From the NCBI GenBank assembly GCA_002633005.1, contig NMRA01000001.1, positions 1,397,755-1,461,754 on the forward strand: a stretch of DNA of 64,000 nucleotides. The letters are read 5' to 3'. Numbering within the stretch: the first letter of the stretch is position 1; each line of letters starts with the position of its first letter. The position numbers and the translations under genes are program-made. Positions 28,901 to 40,900 of the stretch are shown here, one piece after another. The DNA comes from Phoronis australis. Lineage: Eukaryota > Animalia > Phoronida. Below the pieces are notes generated by a model. It made no database searches and had not been told where the DNA came from. It saw only the letters and a program-made list of their open reading frames with translations.

Positions 28901-31900
28901 TGACTTAACATTTTAGAAAGACGCTTTCAACATTTTGTTTAAAGTTGGTTTGAATATTTTAAAAGAAGTAATTTCGTGGAAGGTTAAACAGTGAATATAA
29001 GTACAGTTGATGTTAATGATAACCTTTTTAACGTGGAACGTTTTCGTTCATCAGTGGTTTAAGCCGTACCCTGATCAGATCTCTTTGTTGTTATGATTTA
29101 AGTTCCCACATGGGCAGACATGAAACATCTCCGAGGGATATTTTGAAACGACGGAAATATCCTACGTGATTTTGTGCGGTGAGGCTTTTCTCGAGTTTCT
29201 TCCGTCTACAAAAGGCATCCCTAATCTTATCAGTTTTTCACGTGAATGGTGCTGAGAAAGTCCCTTGAAATTACTTCCACCTCTTCATGTTATGTTATCT
29301 TGCTGGAAAAATCCCTTAAGTATCCAAAACACATAGATATACTCAATGAAAATAGCATTTTTGATTCTGATCTGTGGATTTTTGAAAACGCATGCGGTGA
29401 TGTGGCATCTTGTTGTCCACTTATTCAAAAAAATCATCTATTCAGAGCTGAAATGTGTAGAGATTGTTCTTTTTGGACCAGGTCACAAAATGAGTCAGAT
29501 GCAAATTAGAAACGATTCTGGTATTTTTGGCTTAATATTGGATCGTGAAGTTTTGGAAAGTGTTGTGTGATAATTAGTCGAGGTATGGGCCTGCTCTGTA
29601 AAGCCTACACAAACTGGACTATACGTACCTCCACAGTCCTGACAAAATACTTTCGAACAAGTCGACGGACATCTCCGTACGAGACCAATCTTGAGCCATC
29701 ATAACAAATTCTTTCTCAAATGTGGCGTTGTGAGATTCCTTAAATGAAATAAATGATAGAATAATCAAGTGGGTGGTTGATTCATTTTATTTAAGTTTAA
29801 TTCAGTTTTTATTTATTTTCAAAGTGACACTGGTTCCATGCGTTAGCACCTAATAGTATTCTCACTTAGAAGAAAAATAAAACCAAATGGAAGATGAAGA
29901 ATAAGAAGGAATGAGGAGAAGAGAAAGAGGAAGGAAATGAAGAAAAGGAAGGACACACAGAAGAAGAAGAAGAGACAGGAGAACGAGAGGTAGAAGATAA
30001 AGAGGAAAATAAACAGAAGCAGAATAAGAGACGAAAAGAAAAGATAGAAGGCAGTAATAAAAGACGATACAGGTGAAGAAGAAATAGAAGAACAGGCACG
30101 CGAAGAAGATACAGGAGAAGAAGAGATAGGAAAAAATGAATCCGAAGAGGATGACAATAAAGAGGCTGAAGAGGACGTGACATACAAAGAAGTGACAGAG
30201 GAAGATGAGGTAGAAGGAGAAGCAAAAGAAGAAGAAGATACAGAGGAAGAACAAGCAGAAGAAGAAGAGGCAAAAGAAGAAGGGGCAGAGTAAAAGTTAG
30301 AAGAAGCAAAGCTAAAAGAAGAAGAGACAGAAGAGAAAGTGGTAGAAAAAGAAAAGGCTGAAGAAGAAAAATAAAGAGGAGGGAATGAAGGATAAATGAC
30401 AGCGCCTTACAAAACCGAAAGCATGTAGATCTAATGATGTAAGGAATACCAGTAGAACATGCCGCCAAGATGATGATAAAAGGTTCCCAGTGATCGTGTG
30501 TTAAATTTCAGAATATTTTTGATTGATAAGTAAGCTGGTCAAATAAATGGAGATCACAAGATCCGACTTCAAAAAGGGTGCCTTTACGAGCCAAGTATCG
30601 TCGCAGAAAACAAGCAAACAAGGCGTCAGTAGGTAAAGGATAAATTCTTAAAAACTCTGTGCAGATTTAATTAAATCATGTCATGTAAATTAAATTTGGG
30701 TTGACGAAACAAGTTAAACAAGGGAACAACGACTTCATCTCTGTCCATAATGTATGTCGTGTAAAATGTGAGTTGCAAAGTCTCCGTTTTGAAATTACCT
30801 CGAAACAACGGTTTTTCGAGATAGTTACATGTGAGGGTTCAAGAGAATATGGAAAAGGAATAATTAGTTCGCATAAAAAACACCCGTATCATATATGTGC
30901 TTTACCCAATTATATGTCTCTTCCGGGTCCAACACAATCAATGCACCATAGAGGCCGTCGTACCTTTGGGGTCCTAAGTGAGAATGATACCAGTGGGTGC
31001 CCTTGGGAGAGGCGATAAATCTGTAGATCGTAAAAGCAAAGTAGTTTATTATGCACGGTTTCATGGCAAAGCACGAGCAATGATAGTGGAGTTTATGAAT
31101 CTCCAAAATAAACTTGTTCAGCATATTTCAGTGTAGGTCTGTCTGTCTCTCTCTTAACTGAGCCTAAATAGTTTCAAAAATAGGCACAACACAGCTAACC
31201 AAATAAAAAACAAGGAAAAAGTAGCCCTTTAACTTCGACTTTACCTGTATGTGAACGTTTCACCCGGACTGATAGGACATTGCGTAATCTTTGGTACACC
31301 GTCCATCCATGGGGTTCCCTTCTGCACTATGCCATGCCAATGAATGGTTACACTCTCAGTCAGTAATGTATTTGTTACATGAACGACAACCTGAAATTTT
31401 GTATTGATGGTATGAACCTCACAGTATCTTATTCATAAACAACAAATTTTCGGTGTAAGTTGTTGCAAATGAGTCGTAGACTAGGGCAAAATATCCGCTA
31501 TATTTTAAACTTATATCTTGACGCTTTTGTTATTATATGTAATGCTGAAAAGTTAATGTCCAAGGCGCGCAAAGTGTCTTCTCAGCATTAGGCGGCAAAT
31601 GTTTAATGGATTCTAAAAAGCGTGAAGGTGATTTGCGTTCCGTAGACGCAAAAGCCCAATATCACGCAAGACTTCGCGAAATATCGTCATGCATTTCAAG
31701 CGAAGCGCGTGATCACGGTAGTTTCCTTTGCGAGATCCTTGCGCCTGTGCGGTATTTTTCTAGTACACCAGAAGGAAGCTGATTCGCCGTAAAATGTAAC
31801 AAGTTCGTAAAATGTAACACTGAACTGTTACATTTTACGTAGCTAAGCCTCTCTTAAAATGCAACAAGTTGTTACATTTTACGTAGTTGTTACATTTTAC

Positions 31901-34900
31901 GTCGAATGAACATGCGAGAAATGTAGGCCTACCATTGTTACATTTTACGAAACCAACGTCATATTACAAAGAAAATGAACAAAATCAAGAACAGTTGGCA
32001 TCTGACATTGCCGTGGGGTACTCGAGTATTTTTGGATGAGGGGTGCCGCACAAAAATCTGGATATCCACCGTTTACAGAGTGTGTTCGGGCAAAAAGTGA
32101 CCCATTTAGAGACTAATTTTGTGTAACAATTCGCATTTTCACACAGTTCTGTTCCAGAAATTCAGAAAGGCGCACTTTCAGACAGTGTTTTGACGAAAAT
32201 GGTACCATCTTGTAAACCTCTTCTATGAGAATGCACTCCGGGCTGACACGGCATGAATCTAGATATCCATTATCATTTTTATTACAATAACATTACTATT
32301 TCTACTACTGTTGTTATTACTACCATTAATACGATTATTGTTGTTACTGCTACTACTACTTCCACTACTATTACTCGTTATCGGTATCGTTATTATTATT
32401 ATCACCATCACCATCACCATCACCATCATTATCATTATTATTACTGTTTTTGAATTTATTTAACGAGGACACAGTGCAATATACATAATAAATGTTTTAG
32501 CAAAGTGCTCTACATCATTGTCCTCTAAGATTTTAAAATCATCTCATTAATGGTTCATCGTTTTCACCGAGCAATGGACAGCGAGTGCTACTTCAAAAGG
32601 ATTTTAAAGGGATGCCTACAGGCTGTATGTTCAGCGTTAACGATATTGTGAGAAACGCCTTGATAGATGTGGATGCAAAGTAGGCCTACTTTTGGAAACA
32701 AGAGGTTGAGATTTAAAATCTTGTGTAGACGTGCGCTATTGATTATTTCTGAGCTATCGTCAAGCACGGTATTGTTTGTAAATATAACTATATGCTTCTG
32801 TAGTTTGCCACGAAGAACTGAATTCAGACTGTAATCTTTTACATCTAAAAGTGAGGATACCCTCCGTGTTATCATTTCTGTCTCCTGTTGAAAACATTTC
32901 CTTTTAAAAGAACTGGGGCTGGCTCCACGATGATGTGTAAGTTCAAAAATTGCTTTAAGTTGAACTCTGGAGGAAAACAATTTTCGAGAACTAACGACAA
33001 GTCGGCTATGGTTGCAGTTGCCGGGTAAATAGAATAGCTGGTAACGGACATACATGTACAAAACACGCAATAATTTTATGTGGAACGGGTCCCAATATTC
33101 TTATAAGAACACTATGATTTAACTGGGTGATTTGAACTAGGTTTCGTTGAAACTGAGTTGTATGGAACAAAAACGGCCAACGTCGAAGTCAGCGATGTTT
33201 AATATGCGTTTTTATGCGATGTAGCAAAAGGGTTAATAGAAAGGTTTCGCAAAGCGACGTGAACGTGAACTGTCAAGCATATATAATGGGGCTATTCGGA
33301 GAATTCTCCTCGCGGTGTCGCTGCTGTACTAGTGGTGATTGAATTGCGCATGCGTGGCTGTCTGCATGTAAACAACTGGAAAAAGATGGAATTGTTATCA
33401 AAATACGTCGTCGCGCTAAGCCTTATTACTGCTAATTTCCCTGGTGCAAGTCTTCGACAGGTGGCCACAAATTCCCAAAAGACCTAAGGTTACTATATTC
33501 GTGGACAATTGCGGTCAAAAGGGTCAACTAATTGACAAAAAGTGTGTGGATCCTGAAGCCCCGTGTGTGCTCTATGACTAAACAGTTCCATTCGGAGACT
33601 ACACAACATTACTTGGTAAGTTTTTAGCAATCAGTTTCTATCAACATCGTTCGGTGATGTTATCCCCACCAGTCACCCCACTGAATAACAGTTTCATTGA
33701 GTGGAACTAAGTGTTTCTTTTTGGAAACTCACCCGATGCCGGGTAGGCTAGCAGCACATATTCATATTGGCCTGGGTGGGACAGTGCTCACAAAATAAGA
33801 GGTGTATGGTACGTGATGCACAGAAGTCAAGAGTGACTTTTTCACAGCAGTTTCTCTTCAAAACTATGCTGTTTCCAATAAAATTCTCTAGATGAGTGAG
33901 TTTCCTTATTTTATCGTGGACCCCACCCCCAGGACCACCAGCTCAGTTATCGAATTAACATGAATAAGCCTTAATTCAGTAAATGTCGTAACATTGCATT
34001 GGAAAAAAATTGACACCTAGAATGAATTTTACTTGTTGAGATCAGAAGCACATTTTAAGTGTCATGAAAAATACACATTGTTAAATCACTTTTAGCCTGT
34101 TTCACATATTTTTATGCAGATATTAAATAAGACTTGGGTACAAAGGTTATTAGTTTCTACACATAAACATGAAGATGAAATGTCAAGTATGTTCTGCCTT
34201 ACAAAAGTAGTTTTGTCTTGCCTTTTCTTTTACAATTTGCTAATATTTCTATTCTGTTACAGGCAAGAAAAAACAACTGAAACCAACCGCCTGACCATCT
34301 ATTTCACCGTTGGACAAAGTGAAAAGCAATCCTTCAGCAATAACCTGAGAGAATTGAATGTAATTCAGTAATTCAGCACCTGATATGCCTGATTATGGAC
34401 TCCCTCGCAATGTTGTTTCTTTCTGTGCTTTTTCAGTTTGCCATTTGTTTTTAAATACACTGATAATTGTTTATTCTCGAATCTTGTGCATAGCAGCTAG
34501 CTACAATTGAAAACATACAATAAGACAATCGATGCAGTCACTGAATGTCATTTCCCCATAATCTGTACCAAATTGAAAAGTTTTTACCAATAGTATAAAG
34601 CCTTTCTTCTGAAAGGAAAATTTAATGTCACTCAGCTTTTGGCTTTCATTTCACTGGGTTCTAGTTTCAATGGCCTATAGAAGCGCTTGTAAAAAAGGTC
34701 CAGTTTCAACACGTGGCTTTCTTTCATGTAACCTCATTCAGCCTCAATAACATCCACAATTAGACCCTTGAAGGTAAACACAGCAGCATATCACTTGAAT
34801 CGTTTTGAGCCCAAAATCAGACTCTGAACTAGACCAGAGTGTGACTAGGTCTTCTTTAGCTTCAGTCCCTCATGTTTCTTCCAGGAAAGGAAATAAGCTA

Positions 34901-37900
34901 TTGTCCACACATGACTCATTGCCTATGAAAGGGCATCCTCACCAACAAGGCTTATTTGTGTAGCAGTCAGATATAGTTCGTCTGGATACACAGACACTCC
35001 ACTGGCACATTGTCTTATGGTAACTTAGTACTGCGATTCACATTTCTCCAGGGCCACTGACTTGCACATTGTGCCATGCAGCACTGCTGGTGTGTGGAAG
35101 TGCTGTGGGAAGAGAACGGAGTAACAAAGCTTTGCTATGATACTGCTTGAAGTGGTCTTAAAATGTCACTGCATCTGGAACAAATATTGAAATATGAATA
35201 ATTAAGTACTCCAGATTGGATCAAAAATGTTATCCCTGTTTTTCAAAAATATATGGTGATTGGTCTACAGTTTCACATAAAAGTAAATAATTACTATTTT
35301 CAGAAACCAAGGGTGTATATAATGAGTATTGCATAAAACTGTGTCTTTATTTTTTATCCCTAGCCATAACAATTCTTTAAACGCATCACTTGTCTGTAAA
35401 ATGTACAAGTTTTTTGAGACAACTTCAAACCTTTGTTACCCATTTTCAAGCCTTTTTAATTTTGATACTTTCAGCAATTTTAAACTCAGATTACAGGTTC
35501 ATAGGTCTGTCAAGCATACTTCTAGCCTAAGGTTGAGGGAACCGTTTTTCTTCTAATAGAAGATATGAAGACTTGGGTCATTTAAAAAGGATGGATAATC
35601 TTTCTGTTGTTTAAGAGTAATTACAAATCGTAAGGCACCACCAAAAATGCAATTTTCACAAAAATGGCAGTCATTTGAATTTATAACGACTTGCAACAAT
35701 TCAAGGCATGAGTTAAGACTATTCAGTCACTGTGAATTCGGAAAATGTAATATATTTTCGTGGTTTTACAATTGATACAACTAGCAAAACAGCATATCTC
35801 CTCTGCACGGTACAAGCCTTCAAACCTAAAAACCAAAGGTTACGTGAAAACTGACGTGATAGATTTCCATTTCAACGTGTAACAGATTGCCAGAAGACAT
35901 ATGATAGGGAGTAAACAAATAGTCTAATGCAATGGATATTTATCACTCACGTACCCTTTACCATTGGCATTGGATTGTAATCTTAACTCATTAACCTGTA
36001 TCGAGTTGACAGCATAAACATTCAGCATTGATTGATGTAACTATCACTGATAAACTTTTAGAAATCATTCCAAACAATAATAATACTTTGATGTACGAAA
36101 GATCCCGATTGCTACGTCAAGTATCGTATCACATATCACAACATATAAGATTAACCAGACTCTGGCTGGCCACTGACTGCCGCGAAGTCGACATCGGCGA
36201 GTGCCTCAGTTAACAGGCATCGGTAGAATAATCATGGAATAATCGTAAAAATAATCACAAACCTTACCTTTGTATGAGGTCGTGCTTACTTCCTCTCATA
36301 GAAGCACCCTTTTTACGCAATCTCAGATTCAGTTGGCACGGCTGCAAGCCATTTCACCATGTATTTAAAGGGCTCGCGATATCGAGGCTGTTAATCTATC
36401 ACCACTAGTACACGCACGCCCTCTAGTTATTGTAGATTTTCCGAATAGCCCCATTGCGCGTGGCGGTTCACGTTACGGTAAGAAAAATGGGTTTCGCAAC
36501 ATCTAAATTTTTACGTGACCGTGAACCTAATAACTGAGCTCAGGGTGTCCAGTTATCGTAGTACAGTATCCGCTAGATCACAAACTATTTACAAATCGCT
36601 TTGCCAATGTAACTGCTTTAATTTTCAAGTGTCAAATTCGGAACCCGGCGCATTCGTAACAGAAATATGGCTATGTATAGGCTCTCCCGCGATATCTCAC
36701 GCGACCGGCAGTGGCGCTGCGCACTACGAATCCGTTTCCGTCGTCTGCTCCACTGTGCAATGACGAAAATTTACTTCATTTTTTAAAGAAAATGGAACCT
36801 GAGTGACGATGAAAAAAACAGAAGCTGCTGGTAAGATGTGAATTTTAACCGAAGCCTTAGTGAATCACTCAGAAACTCATAATTCTCTCTTTGTCAAACC
36901 TTAACTTAAGACAATTTTGAAAGCAATCCCGTCATTATTGCCAACACGAAAAACGGATTTGGTCTTTTGGGCATTTGAAGACTATTTTAAATACATCAAA
37001 TTTGTTAAGAACCGATTGCACAAAATATAAAACGTGTATTAAGCATTACAAAAAGAAGTAGGTTTCGCGCGCAAACGCTGTGGACCATCAGTGGCGGATC
37101 TAGGATTTCACAAAGGGGGGCCCCAACATTTTGTCCGGCTGTAAGCACTTGCACAAACTGAACCACAATTGTAGATGCGCATAGCACCGAATGGGGGGGA
37201 GGAACTTTTTCTGTTTTTACCTCTAAAAATCAAGCATTTTCCTTAATTCCTGAGGTATTATCCAAGAAAAAAGGCAAACAAAAACCGGAGAACGTGTCAA
37301 ACTGAAAAAACTGCAAGTACCAATGATTCGAACTCACGACCTGGCGGATAGAGCGCGCGTACGTTACCACTACACCACCGCGATTGCACTACTACTAAGA
37401 GACCTACTTGTTTATGGTCCACAGCGTACCCATATACCCTGTGATGTGCCTGTGTCAGGCTTATAAATAGGCCTAGCGGAACTCTTGTAAAGCGTGGTTT
37501 CTTTGGCTACCTACTACCAGGAAGACCTCACAGGCGGTAATGCATTCGTGCTACTCCGTAACCAAACACAAAACCTACTGTCAATCTTCTATTTTTTCAC
37601 AATATGACAGAATCCATGTTTTTCACATTGTTGCTTTTGTCACTGACATGATTTTGAGCAGCTGATCTGTATTTTCGTTGTATTAGAATCTATATGTAAT
37701 GCGTATTTATCAAGACAAATTACATGTAAGTCATGCTTTCAATCCTGAAATGTCAGTTGGCCCAAGAAGAGCAATCGCGGCTAATTCGATGAAAACTTTT
37801 TCTGCGCCACTGAAGCGGGATGCGCTCCCAAACTTACCTCTGGGCCTCGGTCAAGATATCAACGCTCTTTTATTGCTTTTGTTTTGGAATCTTAAATCCT

Positions 37901-40900
37901 TTCAGAAGAGTTACAATCAGTGCAGGAAACAACTGCTGCTCTTGTTCTGTTTTTGTGAAGACAGGTAAAGGGTCCCCTTTTAGAGAGAACCTCGATGGTC
38001 GATGAAATCAGTTGTCACACTTGTCCTGTTTTGTTGTAATTAATATCCTCCCAAATAATGGAATTGGTCACTGCTCTTTTCTTGTATGCGGAGTAGTAAT
38101 AGTATATTATCCTGCTAAAGCCCCGATGATTATATCTGGGTAGAGTTCAGTAACGCTAGGACCTACGATGGGACCTCGCTAAAATCTAGCCAAAATCATG
38201 TGTTTTCATTAAAATACACGCCAGTATCTCATGAAATCTCGCAAAGTCTTGTTTTTCAGCGAGATCCTAATGTTACTGAACTCTACCCAAATGTTACTCT
38301 AATATCTTTTTTTGTAATTATATTTTTTGTAAAAGAGGCCATAGATGATGGCATCAATTGCTGCTATGTTGTAATAGTATTTTGTTTGTTTTTTCATTAT
38401 TGATCCTTTCATTTCAAGGAGGTCGTTTTATTATGGGGACACGGATCCATGGAATGGATAGCTATTCTTTTCACGTTTTCCATTCAGAAGGGGTTCCCGA
38501 TGATGAATGAAATCAATTTTCACACTTTTCCTGTTTTCGCAATTACATATCCTTTCATATTTTAAAAGAGCCTTCTGGGAAGGGAGACCGGGCCGAGTGC
38601 TTCTATTGCCTCCGTATCAATTCAACTTTAAGGTTGAAGCAATTTTACGACAGTTTCTAAGATCAGGTGTCAAGTGGAGCCCCTGAATTTTTAATGGGAG
38701 GTATGTTATACCTGTGTCCCAACGTCAACCACAATGCTGGGTCCGGGAATTCCGCCGTTGATGGTGAGAATGCGACGATGAGACCCGTCCCCTATTACAA
38801 CGGACTGTTCTTCTGAAAAAAGAAGGTCAGCTCTGTATTACTATCATAAAATTGCTTTCTTACTTCTCCTTACGTTGATAGTATGTCATTTTCGATACCA
38901 ACACGAATACCTGAACCATCAAGAAAACGCTTCAGAGTTCATTGGGGTTAGCCAAACCTAAAATTGGAAATTCGAAAATGACGCATTTTACCCAACGTAG
39001 TTTGTGATTGAGTTGGTAACGGCAATGGAATTCTATCATAGTACTATGGGCCACTTTTAGGAGAAAAACTACGCTAAACAGGGCTTAACACACTTTTGAT
39101 GCCAGACGGACGGACGGGGGACAAGGATGACGGCATAATGCGTCCACACATAAATATGTGAGCGCATAGGCTCACAAAAGCCCTGTTTTTAAGATATCAG
39201 TAGGGAGTTCATCAAGTTGCGGGGGGCCTGGATGTTTTATACTACGACATATTAATTGAAGCTATGGCAAAACGAAATGTCTACCAAACAACAAAGTACT
39301 GGAATTATTAATTTGTTATCTGAAACAGATATGCCTAAGCAGCATATAAAATTGGCGTCCTTAGTGTTAAATTATTGAACTGTAAATATAAATTAGTCTC
39401 TTCTTGTATCAGTGGCGGATCTAGGATATCAGAAGGGAGGGGGACCAACATTTTGTCTGTAAGCATTTGCGCAAACCACGATTGTAGATGCGCATAGCAC
39501 CGAATGGGGGGAGGTTGGGAGGAGGATTTGCCCCCCTCCCGCCCAGGAAATTTTTCTGTTTTGTCCTCTAAAAATCAAGCATTTTCCTTGATTCCTGAAG
39601 TATTATCCAAGAAAAAAAGGCAAAAAAACACGGAGAACGTGTCAAACAGAAAAAAATACAAACACCTCGAACTCATGACGTGGCAGATATAGCGCGTGCT
39701 TTACCACTACACCACCACGACTTGGTACTAGGAGACCTACTTGTTTATGGTCCACAGCGTTTGCGCGCGAAACCTACTTCTTTTCGTAATGCTTATTACA
39801 CGTTTTATATTTTGTGCAATCGGTTCGTAACAAATTTGTTCTATTTTAAATAGTCTTCAATTGCCCAAAAGACCAAATCCGTTTTTCGTGTTGGCAATAA
39901 TGATGGGATTGCTTTGGAAATCGTCTTAAGTTAAGGTTTGACAAAGAGAGAATTATGAGTTTCTGAGTGATTCACCAAGGCTTCGATTAAAATTCACATC
40001 TTACCAGCAGCGTCTGTTTTTTCATCGTCACTAAGGTTCCATTTTCTTTAAAAAATGAAGTAATTTTCGTCATTGCACAGTGGAGCAGACGACGGAAACG
40101 GAGTCGTAGTGCGCAGCGCCAATGCCGGTCGCCTGGGATATCGCGGGAGAGCTTATACTTTGCCATAGTTCCGTTGAGATTGCGCCGTGTTCCGAATTTG
40201 ACACTTGAAATTGGATCTGAGTCCCCTCCCCCCAAACACTAAAACTGCACACATTTAAATCTTGTTTCATCCGTATAGTTTTAATTACCGGGGTTAATTA
40301 ATAAACTCAACATTTCTCTACGCCCTTGTTGTTTTATTTTTTGAGGCAGCCAACAAGGGGGGGAGGGGGCGGGCCGCCTGCCCCCGCCCCCTAAATCCGC
40401 CTATGTGTATTGCAAACATTCTTAGGAGAGTTCTTGATTTGTGTATGACAAAAGACCAGACAGGCTTCATGAAAGGTCGGTTGATATGACGAAAATGCAC
40501 GGCTTGTATGCAAAAACGAGTTATTGTGTAGTAGTACACCAGGGTACAGTTTCGTATTAGCAAAAATCTCGCTGCTTCCCTTGTAATACATTGTGATATC
40601 TTGCGAAGTATTACGGGATCTTGCGCGTTTGAGAGATTCTCGTCTCTACGTAGTGCAGCAGAATTTCTGGTTTCTTACTTCAAGAGGACATTGGAAAAGT
40701 ATTTACATAGACGCTGAGGTTGGTCAGTAGTGAAATGTATCAAATAAGCACAGAAAAATCAGGAACCCAACTGGGAATCGAACCACAGGTCTCTAGATAT
40801 ACCGGCAATCTAGAGACCTGTGGTTCGATTCCCAGTTGGGGTTCCTGATTTTTCTGGAAAAAGTATTTGATAGCTTATCTTGGGATTTTTATATCGTACT

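Noticed and set aside
29843-30468. Long Leu/Phe/Ser-rich ORFs (114-200 aa)
   Set aside because: Antisense translation of a degenerate (GAA)n tract inside a laccase intron.
31788-31950. CRISPR-like repeat array
   Set aside because: The motifs are short, in mixed orientation and irregularly spaced; the context is eukaryotic with no cas genes.
32253-32453. Poly-His/Tyr/Thr ORF suggesting a metal-binding peptide
   Set aside because: Compound microsatellite with no splice or promoter support.
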